Assembly (NCBI GenBank): GCA_965203315.1
Contig: OZ241857.1
Location: forward strand, 1,632,001 to 1,696,000
DNA from: Nitrosopumilus sp.
GTDB lineage: Archaea > Thermoproteota > Nitrososphaeria > Nitrososphaerales > Nitrosopumilaceae
Length of the DNA: 64,000 nucleotides
Direction of reading: 5' to 3'
Below the pieces are notes generated by a model that saw only the letters and a program-made list of their open reading frames with translations, was not told where the DNA came from and did not search any database. Positions 1 to 10,197 of the stretch are shown here, piece by piece; within the stretch, counting starts at the first letter, position 1, and each line of letters opens with the position of its first letter. Both the position numbers and the translations under genes were made by a program.

Positions 1-104
1 GCAGTTGCTATAATCTTGTTTCCCTCTTGTACTACATTCTGCTCTGGTCTAAGAGCTCCGGCTGTTACAACATCACCTGGAATTACCTGCTTGCGTCTAT
101 CCAT
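1..104 (-). CDS. rrp4: Exosome RNA-binding protein Rrp4, N-terminal part (runs off window)
   Basis: Hand translation from ATG at 104: MDRRKQVIPGDVVTAGALRPEQNVVQEGNKIIAT. Directly follows SBDS, as in the archaeal exosome superoperon. Confidence 0.8.
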   Translation of the reverse strand, partial: MDRRKQVIPGDVVTAGALRPEQNVVQEGNKIIAT

Positions 105-790
105 TATTTTACTACCTCTACAGACGCACTACCTTTAGTAATTGAGCCTAATCTATCTATCACGTTTGGCCTTGCTGCGGCGGGTATTTCAAGTATTGCT
201 TTTAATGAACCATTATTCTGCCACTCTTCTCTCTGTAGTACTCCTATCGATTTTAGTACTGCATACGACTGTGCTACAAACTGTGCTGGAACTATGATCT
301 CTAATTGTATGCTCTCTGATTTTAGTGCGATTATGGCTCGTAATTTATCTACTATATCTTTGACCTGTTCTTCTACACTGCGATGTGGATCAATTGATAC
401 TCTGCCATCTTTCATGGCTTGTTCGATTCGAAGAGGTGGATGTGGTAGATGGGTCTTGGGATCTACATACGTCTTTGCAATATGTGTTATGATTTGTCTT
501 CGTTTCTCCTCGATCATCTTTCTACGTTGATCTGTTGTGAGGTTGAGATCACCTTCTCGTATCATTCGTTTTGCGATCTCGGCTGTATCCTCTGTCTTGA
601 AAGCTTTGAGTAGTTTTTCTGCAGAAGGTTTGGTACCCTTTTTAGAGTCGATATAGATATCATCTGAGATCAACACTGATGAGACATCATCTCTCTTGCC
701 CAACTTGAACTCTAGAGCTGGATCTGGCTTTACTAGGATCTCAAACTTTTCTCCTTCAAACGTAAAACGCACTATTGTTGATTCTGCCAT
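104..790 (-). CDS. Ribosome maturation protein SBDS/Sdo1
   Basis: 228 aa with GEKFEILVKPD, LNLTTDQRRKM and DPKTHLPHPPLRIEQAM motifs typical of SBDS. Confidence 0.95.
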   Translation of the reverse strand: MAESTIVRFTFEGEKFEILVKPDPALEFKLGKRDDVSSVLISDDIYIDSKKGTKPSAEKLLKAFKTEDTAEIAKRMIREGDLNLTTDQRRKMIEEKRRQIITHIAKTYVDPKTHLPHPPLRIEQAMKDGRVSIDPHRSVEEQVKDIVDKLRAIIALKSESIQLEIIVPAQFVAQSYAVLKSIGVLQREEWQNNGSLKAILEIPAAARPNVIDRLGSITKGSASVEVVK

Positions 791-904
791 CTAGATACCT
801 AGAGATTGTTCAGTATTTATCTATACCATTACGGGACTCGGAATTATGTCTGGAGAGAGATGTACTACCACTAATGTAATGAACTGACAAGTCAAACAGA
901 TCGC

Positions 905-1080
905 AATCTTGTTGCATCCCAATTTCATCTTGAGAATAGTAGGAAATTTGCACGAATACCAATATTTTCCTAGGTTTAGTTTTGCAAAGCCCAACCCATC
1001 ATTCAGTTGACGTACCCAGCATTCACGGAGATCTTTTGATGACTAGATGATTCTTGTTTACACCCATTTGTCTGTGCGTA
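905..1080 (-). pseudogene. Heavily decayed IS1595-family transposase fragment
   Basis: Nucleotide similarity to the IS1595 remnant at 25909-26511 (shared CCATTTGTCTGTGC; minus strand GGGCTTTGCAAAACTAAACCTAGGAAAATAT vs GGGCTTTGTTAAATTGAACTTGGCAAAGTAT). Confidence 0.55.
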
Positions 1081-1171
1081 TCCTGTTGACTTGATCGTTG
1101 ATCTAGAGTTATCTGTGATGTATCGAATCTCTTCGATTTACGTGGGGTGGTATCTTGCAAACTCTTTTCCT

Positions 1172-1348
1172 GGTTCTGTTCATTTGACGGAGGTTGAGAT
1201 CGTTACGATGTTATCTCAAAGAACGTATAATATTCGACTCAAAACAGCAACAATTTACGATAGTCCATATGATGCCGTTTCGATGTTTTGCAAAATTTTT
1301 CGAGAATTTTGTGCAGAAAATGCCAACCACCGTAAATTGAACAGAACC
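1172..1348. mobile_element. MITE with 25-bp imperfect TIRs (GGTTCTGTTCA...), next to a lone left end of the 115-bp MITE family at 1125
   Basis: Left GGTTCTGTTCATTTGACGGAGGTTG; right reverse complement GGTTCTGTTCAATTTACGGTGGTTG (22/25 match). No convincing coding content. Confidence 0.7.
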
Positions 1349-1368
1349 ACATTCACACCGTAAAATTT

Positions 1369-2277
1369 TCATGAATCTATGTATCGCTGTCTCAGCATTT
1401 TAAGTATATATGATATCTCGTCGGCAATAATCTTGTTTTTTGTTACTGTATATGCTTGAGTATCTATCAAACCAACATCCTCGTCGTATTCGTATGACGT
1501 AGGTCTGGGCAACATCCACTCAGGTAACATTTGGTATTTTAGATTGGTATGAGGTCCTCCACTCTCTACTATTAGTGGCATCCATGTGAAATCGTATGGA
1601 TAAACTTGCGGTACATGACACTCTTGACATACGGTTTCTAAAAACTCATCTTCATATTCGGACTCTCTAACAACTATCCAAATATTATGTTCAGCAATCA
1701 GCTCTATACCACATGACTCGCATCTAAAAGTACTTTTATCGTTCTGGTTTTTATCCTTAATCTTGACACTGCGTTTAAGAGATTCATGACCAAGCCATAC
1801 TGTCGTTATCTCAAATCTACATGTTGGACATTTGCCTACATATGGAAATTCATAACATCCAAATATCAAACCCGGATACATTGCAAAGTTATCTGCATAC
1901 TTTTTTACGTCTTCGTCAAGATGACTGCGAATCTTTCTACTAACGTTTAACATATTGATCTTGTATTTCTTACTTTTATGATCATCGCAGCTATTATTAA
2001 TTCTCTTCACAAGATCGTCCATTACTGAATCATACTCGTCGCTACGTAATCTTTTTTGAATCTGTTCCATCTCTTTCTTTTTATCTGCTAGTGAGTCGAT
2101 GCACCTTTTATCGTCTACTGCACGCTTCATTCTTTTAAAATTTTGCTTGCTAAAGAATTGTGTCTTCATGGGGTACCATTTTATATCATTATGCATAAAC
2201 TGTCTACGACACTGACAACATACTATATCTCCGTACTTGGTATCTTTTTTGACCAACAATAAACTATAGTACATCAT
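1369..2277 (-). CDS. Hypothetical protein with four CxxC pairs (family member 1, long subtype)
   Basis: 302 aa with FGCYEF-x5-CPTC-x7-WLGHES. Aligns end to end with 17120-17983. Confidence 0.8.
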   Translation of the reverse strand: MMYYSLLLVKKDTKYGDIVCCQCRRQFMHNDIKWYPMKTQFFSKQNFKRMKRAVDDKRCIDSLADKKKEMEQIQKRLRSDEYDSVMDDLVKRINNSCDDHKSKKYKINMLNVSRKIRSHLDEDVKKYADNFAMYPGLIFGCYEFPYVGKCPTCRFEITTVWLGHESLKRSVKIKDKNQNDKSTFRCESCGIELIAEHNIWIVVRESEYEDEFLETVCQECHVPQVYPYDFTWMPLIVESGGPHTNLKYQMLPEWMLPRPTSYEYDEDVGLIDTQAYTVTKNKIIADEISYILKMLRQRYIDS

Positions 2278-2767
2278 TCATAAATCTCTTTTTATTGAAT
2301 GAGTCTCTTTTTAGCTAGTCAAGTCGGTCTTTGCAATGTGCTGGGGAAAGGATGAGAAAATTTTATTCTGTAAAAATTCAATCTCTGGATGCATCGTTTC
2401 TATATTCTTGTGTATGTACTACATCTTGTGATGGCACGTCTTGATCACCTTTATCTGACTGCGACTTGTAGTAGATTGTAGTAATTGATCAACAAACCTT
2501 TTTTGTACTATGTCCTCAGCCATTGTGTAAAAGCATGGCTACACGATACACGATACATGATATGATACAATGTGGTACGAATATGTTCACAACAGATGTC
2601 ACATTATGTATTCTAGATATCATGGAATTGTACTAAAATACTAGAGTACTAGATTATACCGCATCTCACATACCTGAATAAAGTATTTTTACGTGAATAC
2701 ATACGCAATTTGAGATTACCATTGTCTCTTAGCCAAAATTTAACTAATGTAGTAATCGTGCTATGTT

Positions 2768-3580
2768 GTGGACGAGAGATTTGTCAAAGTCGGCGACCAC
2801 AAGATTCGTTATCTTGAATCCGGCAACTCTGATCATACAATCGTCATGCTTCATGGTTTGGGGGCATCAGCTGAACGATGGACAAACGTTATTCCTATCT
2901 TTGATGATGAATATCATGTGATCGTACCAGATCTTATCGGTTTTGGATATAGCGACAAACCTATTGCAGATTATACGCCTGCATTCTTTGCAAACTTTAT
3001 TGATGATCTTCTCAAAACACTACATATACAGAGTCCAATCTTGATGGGCTCTTCACTTGGTGGTCACATATCTATAGAATATTCGAGTATGCAAAATGAT
3101 ATCAGAAAACTAGTTCTAGTCTCATCCGCTGGCATTATGAAGCAATCTACTCCATCTCTTGATACATACATCATGGCTGCAATGTATCCTGACGAGTCTA
3201 TGGCTAAAAACGCATTTGAAACTATGGATGGTTCTGGACGCAGTGCAGATCCACAACTAGTGGATAGTTTTATCAAGCGTATGCGTCTACCTAATGCAAA
3301 GTTTGCGTTCATGTCCACATTACTTGGCTTAAAAAATTCTGAACCTGTAACTGATAAACTAACAAAAATATCTGTTCCAACTCTTGTTGTGTGGGGAGAT
3401 AACGATACTGTAATTCCATTCTCATATGCTGATCAGTTTGTATCGGCGATCCCTGACTGTCAGCTGTATGTTATGGATGGTTGTGGACACACACCATTTG
3501 TACATGATCCATATCTATTCGCCTCTAAGGTATTAACCTTCTTGAATGAAGATTATGTACCAGAACCTATTGCTCCCTAG
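2768..3580 (+). CDS. Alpha/beta hydrolase (candidate PHA-related esterase or depolymerase)
   Basis: HGLG oxyanion motif, GSSLGG nucleophile elbow, WGDND acid, GCGH catalytic His. Adjacent to the pha cluster. Confidence 0.85.
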   Translation: MDERFVKVGDHKIRYLESGNSDHTIVMLHGLGASAERWTNVIPIFDDEYHVIVPDLIGFGYSDKPIADYTPAFFANFIDDLLKTLHIQSPILMGSSLGGHISIEYSSMQNDIRKLVLVSSAGIMKQSTPSLDTYIMAAMYPDESMAKNAFETMDGSGRSADPQLVDSFIKRMRLPNAKFAFMSTLLGLKNSEPVTDKLTKISVPTLVVWGDNDTVIPFSYADQFVSAIPDCQLYVMDGCGHTPFVHDPYLFASKVLTFLNEDYVPEPIAP

Positions 3581-3729
3581 ACATCACAAATTTGCCTTTA
3601 GAGTATCGGCCTTGAAGATTAGTACTAATCGCTGATGCCATAGACGACTTTTCGTGCCACTATCTCAACTTCATTCAAGTACGAGACGATCAGTTTCATT
3701 TAAATACCGTTTTATTCCATTAATTACCA

Positions 3730-4140
3730 ATGAGTGGTAATGAAAACCAATATGATCCCACGAAAATGTTTCGGGAATGGATCCAACAAGGTGGTAAATC
3801 TCAGTCCGAGTTCATCGAGAACTTTGGGCGACTGATGAGTAACACACCATTTGATCCATTGACAACTCTGAGAGATATCTCTGCAAAGATTCAAGAGACA
3901 CAATCTGATCTCTTTGAAGGCGTATCCTCTGCTCAGCGTAAGGGTATCGACACCATGTTTAACATGGGACAGATGCTTCCATCTATCTTGAACTGGGGTG
4001 CGTACAAGACAACGATCAGTAGTAACGGACGCATATCGATCCCTGAAGCAGAACGTAATGCATTGGGGCTAGACGAAGGTGATCTGATCCAAGTTATAAT
4101 TTTACCACTTGGTAAAAAGAACAAGGAGGTGAAAGATTGA
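3730..4140 (+). CDS. AbrB/MazE/SpoVT-domain regulator, PhaR-like
   Basis: C-terminal ISSNGRISIPEAERNALGLDEGDLIQV is an AbrB fold. Overlaps the phasin-like gene, as in haloarchaeal phaRP. Confidence 0.75.
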   Translation: MSGNENQYDPTKMFREWIQQGGKSQSEFIENFGRLMSNTPFDPLTTLRDISAKIQETQSDLFEGVSSAQRKGIDTMFNMGQMLPSILNWGAYKTTISSNGRISIPEAERNALGLDEGDLIQVIILPLGKKNKEVKD

Positions 4141-4553
4141 GTAACGAAAAACAAGATCCAAAGGACGGATTTTCAGTGTATCAAAAGAGCGTCGACAAGG
4201 TATTTTCTAATATAAAACAGTCAGTACCACAATACTATCAGTCAATTACAAATGTACAGCAAGAATGTCTACAAGCATTTGAGAATATTGTAAACACTAC
4301 CCTTGCATTACAAAAAGACTACATTCACAAGACTGGTATGGCATCAAACGTATCTGACTCTACGATCAGGGCTGTCCGTGATACAACCGAAGAGATGACA
4401 AAGTTTGCAACGCTACAAAACCAAGTTGTACTAGCAACTATTGATGCGACACAACAAAACATCAAGACATTCAACGACAACGCAAAGTCATTTGCTGATC
4501 TAAACAGAAGTATATTCCAGTCATGGATCGAGACATTTACTATAAAGAACTAG
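4137..4553 (+). CDS. Phasin-like PHA granule protein (PhaP-like)
   Basis: 138 aa, Gln/Thr/Asn-rich and amphipathic helical. Lies between the AbrB regulator and phaC. Confidence 0.6.
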   Translation: MSNEKQDPKDGFSVYQKSVDKVFSNIKQSVPQYYQSITNVQQECLQAFENIVNTTLALQKDYIHKTGMASNVSDSTIRAVRDTTEEMTKFATLQNQVVLATIDATQQNIKTFNDNAKSFADLNRSIFQSWIETFTIKN

Positions 4554-4565
4554 GTTGATCTCTGA

Positions 4566-5639
4566 TCACCTTTTTTTCTCTGATCTATGTGCCAGCCACT
4601 CTCCCATCTCTGGCAGAACTCGTTTTTGAGACAAACTACTAGCAATCATTCCTACATGGCCTGTTGGGTAGACCTGGAGTGTCTTGTCCTGACTATTCAC
4701 TGCATAATGAAGTGGCATACTACATTCTGGTGATACTAGGTGATCTCCTACTGCCACTTGTGTAAATATCGGCATATCTATCTGTTTTAGATCTACTAGA
4801 TCATTGCCTATGCGCATCTTGTTCTGAATGAGTAGATTCTCTTGATAGATATCTTTGATCCATTGTCTAAACAACTCACCCGGTATAGGTGGTGTATCGC
4901 CCAACCATCGTTCTACGCGAAGAAAGTTGTCAACGAACTGTTGATTGTCTATGTTCTTAAAAAATTTGACATACTTTTCAATCCCTTGTTCAAACGGCTT
5001 TAGAACCGAGAAACAGTAATACATAAACTCTGGTGGCATGTTTCCTATTGTATCTACCATCTTGTCGACATCAACATGTTTTGCTAAATTACTGATCACC
5101 GTTGTATCTCGCCAACCGTCTATTACTGGAGCAGTCGCGATATAGTTTTTGATATTCTCTGGATGAAGTGCAGCATATGCGGTAGCAAGTGTACCTCCTG
5201 TACAATATCCTTGCAATGATATCTCTTCTACCGATGCCTCATCTTTGATATATTCTATATGTCCGTCTAGATATCCATTTACATAATCGTCAAAGTCCAA
5301 GTACTTGTCCATGTTGGTTGGCTCTCCCCAATCCAACATGTATACATCAAATCCTTGATCTAGTAAGTTTTTGACCCAACTCTTCTCTGGATGGATATCC
5401 AAGATATGATAGCGATTTATCAACGCGTATGAGATTAGTAGTGGTGTCTGGTATAACGTTGATCGATCTGATGTGTAGTGTAATAGTCTCGTCTTGTCTA
5501 TAGTATGTGATGTGTAGTGCAGAGTCACTTCCATGTTTATATCCTCTGGCGCAACAGCTAGCTTTGGTGCATCAGTTACATTCTTGCTAAATTTTATAAT
5601 CTCCTCGATTATCTGGGGGTCAATCTCTTCTCTCTGCAT
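4566..5639 (-). CDS. phaC: Class III polyhydroxyalkanoate synthase subunit PhaC
   Basis: PLLISYALINRYHILD, lipase-box GYCTGG, DHLV and TGHVG; about 40 kDa. Confidence 0.95.
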   Translation of the reverse strand: MQREEIDPQIIEEIIKFSKNVTDAPKLAVAPEDINMEVTLHYTSHTIDKTRLLHYTSDRSTLYQTPLLISYALINRYHILDIHPEKSWVKNLLDQGFDVYMLDWGEPTNMDKYLDFDDYVNGYLDGHIEYIKDEASVEEISLQGYCTGGTLATAYAALHPENIKNYIATAPVIDGWRDTTVISNLAKHVDVDKMVDTIGNMPPEFMYYCFSVLKPFEQGIEKYVKFFKNIDNQQFVDNFLRVERWLGDTPPIPGELFRQWIKDIYQENLLIQNKMRIGNDLVDLKQIDMPIFTQVAVGDHLVSPECSMPLHYAVNSQDKTLQVYPTGHVGMIASSLSQKRVLPEMGEWLAHRSEKKR

Positions 5640-6243
5640 TCTGCCTACTCCGTTTCTTTGCCTCTATCTCTAGCCTGCCTACTCGTTTTCTGAGAGTATT
5701 AATCTCTTTGTATATCTCATCAATCTCTTTCTTGCTAGGAAGATTTGCTGATTGGAGTATTGTATTTACTATGTTATTCCAATGATTTGTGATCTCTAAC
5801 TCTTTTGCAACTAACTTGCCATAGTTTGTTCCAAACTTTTCTGAATCGAACAACTCTGTAAAATCATTATCGTATATGTCAATCCATATTCGCTTAAATG
5901 CTTCTATCTGTTCTACATCTTTAGGAATCTTGGGCACCTTAAAATTAACTCGTTCTTGTGCATCTGCCCATGTCTCTGATAGTTGCTTATAGTATTCTGC
6001 AACGTATGTGTTAAACTCGGTCAACAATCCATTGATCTCGATCAACTCTGAACTGATCTTCTTCGAGTTTGTAGCAAAAGTCCGCATCGGTCCAACCGAT
6101 GTCAAAGCTTGTGGTTTACTTGTCATCAGATGTATGATATCTGTCCAAAATAGCGATAGATGTTTGTAGTAGGTTGACATATCGTTATCGTTTGTTTTTG
6201 TATCTTTGGTAAGACTTGACGCGTTATCCACTTCCATAGACAT
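5620..6243 (-). CDS. phaE: Class III PHA synthase subunit PhaE
   Basis: Directly upstream of and overlapping phaC. C-terminal NLPSKKEIDEIYKEINTLRKRV is the PhaE box/coiled coil. Confidence 0.85.
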   Translation of the reverse strand: MSMEVDNASSLTKDTKTNDNDMSTYYKHLSLFWTDIIHLMTSKPQALTSVGPMRTFATNSKKISSELIEINGLLTEFNTYVAEYYKQLSETWADAQERVNFKVPKIPKDVEQIEAFKRIWIDIYDNDFTELFDSEKFGTNYGKLVAKELEITNHWNNIVNTILQSANLPSKKEIDEIYKEINTLRKRVGRLEIEAKKRSRQNAERRD

Positions 6244-6334
6244 CCTAGTGATAGAGTTCTCAATAAATTATTCGATTCGCTAGGACTGTTGTCATATTAT
6301 CTGAGATGGATTATCAAGATATTCAAAACTTTTC

Positions 6335-7264
6335 TCATGTTGACGATGTAGCACTATCCTCGAGCATATCTTTGAGTCCCGCACATCTATTTCTAATAGT
6401 TACCTCGGTGACTCCAGACGCACTAGAGATATCTTTTTGAGACTTCATCTCACCGGTACTTATACATGCTAGGTATAATGCAGCCGCAGCTATTCCCATA
6501 GGATCTTTGCCTGCAATCATTCCTTTCTTCTTTGCTTTATCTAGAATTGTGATTGCCATGCGCTTACTCTTTTCATTGAGTTCAGCAATACTTGCAATTC
6601 TCGCAACTCCTTTTATTGGATCTACTACTGGCATCTTTAGTTCCAACTCTCTATAGATCAATCGATAACAACGCGCGACATCTTTTCTTCTGATGTTTAT
6701 TCCCTTTGCAATATCGTCTAAAGTTCTTGGCGTCTCTGTGTTTCGACATGCTGCATAGATACAAGCAGCTACCAAACCTTGAATCGATCTACCGCGCACC
6801 AATTTTTTCTCCATCGCTTTTCGATAAATGTATGCAGCTTTTTCGACCACGGCGTCAGTCAACGCGATCTTGTCCTTTAATTTATCCATCTCGTTTAACG
6901 CTTGTCTTAGATTTCGATCTGTAGAGGAATGAGCTTGCGTTCTGTTGTCCCATGTACGCAATCTCTCTATGGAACTCTTTACACTTGCAGAGAGTGGCTT
7001 GCCTGTAGAATCTTTGTTTGCTACACCGATGATAGTGGACAATCCCATATCATGCATTGTAAGTGATGTTCCTGCACCGACCCTTGTTCTGTTTGTCTCG
7101 TCGTTTGAGAATGAACGCCACTCTGCACCTGTGTCCGATATCCTATCTGATACTACAAAACCACATCTTCCACAAAAGAGCTCGCCTGTGTTGTCATCAG
7201 TGATCATCCGTTTATGACCACATGCAGGACACTTTGTTCCTGTGACCACGGTATTAAGCATCAA
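6335..7264 (-). CDS. tfb: Transcription initiation factor B
   Basis: Zn ribbon CPAC...CGRCG, EWRSF B-reader, two cyclin repeats, GVTEVTIRNR. Confidence 0.95.
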   Translation of the reverse strand: MMLNTVVTGTKCPACGHKRMITDDNTGELFCGRCGFVVSDRISDTGAEWRSFSNDETNRTRVGAGTSLTMHDMGLSTIIGVANKDSTGKPLSASVKSSIERLRTWDNRTQAHSSTDRNLRQALNEMDKLKDKIALTDAVVEKAAYIYRKAMEKKLVRGRSIQGLVAACIYAACRNTETPRTLDDIAKGINIRRKDVARCYRLIYRELELKMPVVDPIKGVARIASIAELNEKSKRMAITILDKAKKKGMIAGKDPMGIAAAALYLACISTGEMKSQKDISSASGVTEVTIRNRCAGLKDMLEDSATSST

Positions 7265-7385
7265 TTAAAATCCACACATTACCTTTTTATCAGTTTTTAT
7301 TTCTAAAGGTTAATCGTATGTGTAAAGTTGAGTCAGTTTTGCCTTTACGTAAATCTTTAATAATTTATCAAAATGTTATGATACA

Positions 7386-7706
7386 TTGAGTAATCTAGGT
7401 GCTGGTAACGAGATATATGATCTACGCCAAACGATTCAACAACTCAAGTCAGATCTCAATAGTATCGGCTCTTCTGTGTCTGATCTGCCAGAGCTGGTTG
7501 ATATAGCAAACTTGCGTAGATCAAATGAACACTTTGCACAGATGAGTGAAAAACAAACAGAGTTGATCGCAGCATATGAACGATACTCGATCTTACTAGA
7601 AGATATGGTCTCTACACTGTTTACTATCCAAAACAGCCTCAAAGATATTCTAAAGGAACAGTCTTCATTGATCCCTGATCCCAAAAAGCGTTCTCGCAAG
7701 CGCTAG
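7386..7706 (+). CDS. Hypothetical coiled-coil protein
   Basis: 106-aa ORF preceded by an AT-rich TATA-like element; stop overlaps the birA stop. Confidence 0.65.
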   Translation: MSNLGAGNEIYDLRQTIQQLKSDLNSIGSSVSDLPELVDIANLRRSNEHFAQMSEKQTELIAAYERYSILLEDMVSTLFTIQNSLKDILKEQSSLIPDPKKRSRKR

Positions 7707-8695
7707 TCTTGTATGTCATTACTATCTATGACTCTATACTCTACTCCGTCTGAAGATACGACTAGTGCACCATCTAGATCTATTCTTACTGCCTTTCCAT
7801 GTACCGTACTGTTTGTATGATCTAGTTTGATCGTTATGTCTCTACCTATCGTATATGATCTATCTGTCCACTCTTTTATGATATCTGCTGTTCTCTTTAA
7901 TTCGAGAGTCCTTACAATATGTTCCAATTCGATTAAAAACTCTTGTACAAGCACTATCGGTCTAGTCTCTTTACCATTCAGTGACGCAATCTCGTACTTT
8001 GCATCTATCTCTCTTGTGATGTCTTGTACATCTACATCAAAGTTTATCCCCACTCCTACAACTAGATGTGCAACTCTGTTTGACTCTAATGAGACATCTA
8101 CTAGTATTCCTGCAACCTTTTTGTTTTGTAGCATTACGTCATTTGGCCATCGTAGTTGAACTCTTTTGTGTAATGCATGTTCTATCGCCTTTGCTAAAGC
8201 AAGAGACGTCGCAGCTGGAAATAGCATGGCAGCTGTTATGTCCAACTTTGGATACAGTATAACTGACATGAATATTCCTCCATCTCTTGATATCCATCTT
8301 GTACCAGATCTTCCTCTTCCTCTAGTCTGCTGTTCTGCTACTATTACTGTACCATCGTTTTCATGCTTGTTTATCATTTGAAATGCAACATCCTGTGTCG
8401 AGTCTACTTGTTCATAATAGTAAACCCGTTTGCCAATCTTTGTTGTTGTGAGATCTGTGGTGATCTCCCACGGTAGTAACCGATCAGAGTTGGCGACAAG
8501 TCGATATCCTATCTTTTGTTTTGATTCTATCGTGTATCCTAGATCTCTGATCTTTTTGATGTGTTTCCATACTGCAACTCGACTTACTCTCAAGACATCA
8601 CTTAGATCTTGACCAGATAGATACTCTGTATTGTGTGCCTTTAAGAATCTCAAAACCTTGACAAGCCCTGTATCATCAAACGAGTTGTAGATCAA
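7703..8695 (-). CDS. birA: Bifunctional biotin ligase/repressor BirA
   Basis: N-terminal HTH (SGQDLS...VSRVAVWKHI), STQD, QTRGRGR, RWPND, KKVAGIL. Confidence 0.93.
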   Translation of the reverse strand: MIYNSFDDTGLVKVLRFLKAHNTEYLSGQDLSDVLRVSRVAVWKHIKKIRDLGYTIESKQKIGYRLVANSDRLLPWEITTDLTTTKIGKRVYYYEQVDSTQDVAFQMINKHENDGTVIVAEQQTRGRGRSGTRWISRDGGIFMSVILYPKLDITAAMLFPAATSLALAKAIEHALHKRVQLRWPNDVMLQNKKVAGILVDVSLESNRVAHLVVGVGINFDVDVQDITREIDAKYEIASLNGKETRPIVLVQEFLIELEHIVRTLELKRTADIIKEWTDRSYTIGRDITIKLDHTNSTVHGKAVRIDLDGALVVSSDGVEYRVIDSNDIQD

Positions 8696-8700
8696 TTGTA

Positions 8701-9219
8701 CTAGATTCCAATATCGATATCAAATCCGCCGTCGCCCATGTCGCCACCTGCGTCTCCGCCGTCGCCCATGTCCGATTCGGGCATACTCTCTGCTGGAACA
8801 TAGTCTGACATGTTCATATTCATCATATTGAACATCATACTAAACATCATTATGTCGATCACTCCAAAGAACATCATCATAGGAATAAACGATCTATTGT
8901 CATCTAACCAACCTCTCATCTTTTCCTTGTTTTCGGTCTTGTAGGCTTGCGTCATCTGCATCCAGTTGGATTGCATCTCGTGAATTCTCGATTCGAGCTC
9001 TGTTCTACCTTTCTCAGTAACTAGTATCTCTATCTTCGTTCCAAGCCAACCCTTCTTCTCATTGACTCTTATGAAACCACGTTCTTCCAACCTGCCTAGT
9101 ATCTCATCGACCTCTTTTGGATCTATGTTTGTGATCTTTACGATATCATTAAACTTCTTCTTGCCTCGTATGATCGCACCTAGCACCATCAGATCTTTTG
9201 GTTCTTCCATATCTGCCAT
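8701..9219 (-). CDS. Winged-helix protein with Met-rich segment and acidic Gly/Asp tail
   Basis: N-terminal wHTH (ILGRLEERGFIRV...VTEKGR); tail DMGDGGDAGGDMGDGGFDIDIG. Confidence 0.75.
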   Translation of the reverse strand: MADMEEPKDLMVLGAIIRGKKKFNDIVKITNIDPKEVDEILGRLEERGFIRVNEKKGWLGTKIEILVTEKGRTELESRIHEMQSNWMQMTQAYKTENKEKMRGWLDDNRSFIPMMMFFGVIDIMMFSMMFNMMNMNMSDYVPAESMPESDMGDGGDAGGDMGDGGFDIDIGI

Positions 9220-9406
9220 TATTCAGTATGATTAAAAAGTTCTTTGTTTTGGGGCACATGAGAATAGACTGTCTAGTGATATGTACATACACGTGTACAT
9301 ACACATACAATACAAATAGACGATGTACAAGATGTACAAGACACACACAAGATATGAAATTATCAAGAGCACAGATTCAAATTATACTTGTGATCCTATT
9401 ATCATA

Positions 9407-9817
9407 ATGAAACATGACTCTCTCTCCGAAGTAGAGATTAGGTCTATCCTAAATCTAAAACGCATAGCTGTTGTTGGCATGTCTCGCGATCCATCAAAGG
9501 ACGCGCATCAAGTACCCAAGTATCTTATCAAAAATGGATATGATGTAATACCCGTAAATCCTTATACTGATGAGATACTTGGTAGACGCTGCTACTCTAA
9601 AGTATCTGAGATCGAGTCTCCTGTGGATATAGTTGAGATATTTCGTCCGTCTGATCAAGTCCTTTCTATAATGTATGATGTCATCAAGAAACAACCATGT
9701 GTGGTATGGTTGCAACTGGGAATTCATAATATTGCGGCTGAACAACTAGCAACAAAATCTGGCATCAAAGTCGTCTTTAATCGATGTATGTTGATCGAAC
9801 ACACGAGATTGATATGA
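9407..9817 (+). CDS. CoA-binding protein (YccU-like)
   Basis: IAVVGMS, GYDVIPVNP, VDIVEIFRPS, VWLQLGI, NRCMLIEH. Start moved to ATG 9407. Confidence 0.9.
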   Translation: MKHDSLSEVEIRSILNLKRIAVVGMSRDPSKDAHQVPKYLIKNGYDVIPVNPYTDEILGRRCYSKVSEIESPVDIVEIFRPSDQVLSIMYDVIKKQPCVVWLQLGIHNIAAEQLATKSGIKVVFNRCMLIEHTRLI

Positions 9818-10173
9818 CTCTGTTTACAGATTTTTACAAGAGCTTGCTTGAACTAGCAGAGCAGTATGAAGAACAAGGTCTATCACTTAGAATAGATAGC
9901 GATCTAGAACAAGGATCGATTCATGTTCATGGCGAGCACTCGACACAAGTCACTCAAGCAAGAGACGGTCTAAATTATGCACTCGAACTTGCATACACCA
10001 CATCTGAACATCATCCATATTGGGGATTATTGCATCATGCTGTACAAACAGCATCTGTAGTTTTAGAGAAGTGGAATGATGATATGTCTGATGAGGACTG
10101 GGATGAGATTCAATGGATGGTACAAGAATTAAATCATATACTTGAGAGGGAAGAATCTACTAGGCAGAGATAA
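9814..10173 (+). CDS. Hypothetical protein
   Basis: Acidic ORF; ATG overlaps the stop of the upstream gene (ATGA coupling). Confidence 0.7.
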   Translation: MTLFTDFYKSLLELAEQYEEQGLSLRIDSDLEQGSIHVHGEHSTQVTQARDGLNYALELAYTTSEHHPYWGLLHHAVQTASVVLEKWNDDMSDEDWDEIQWMVQELNHILEREESTRQR

Positions 10174-10197
10174 ATATTCTGGACACTCATTTGCTGT

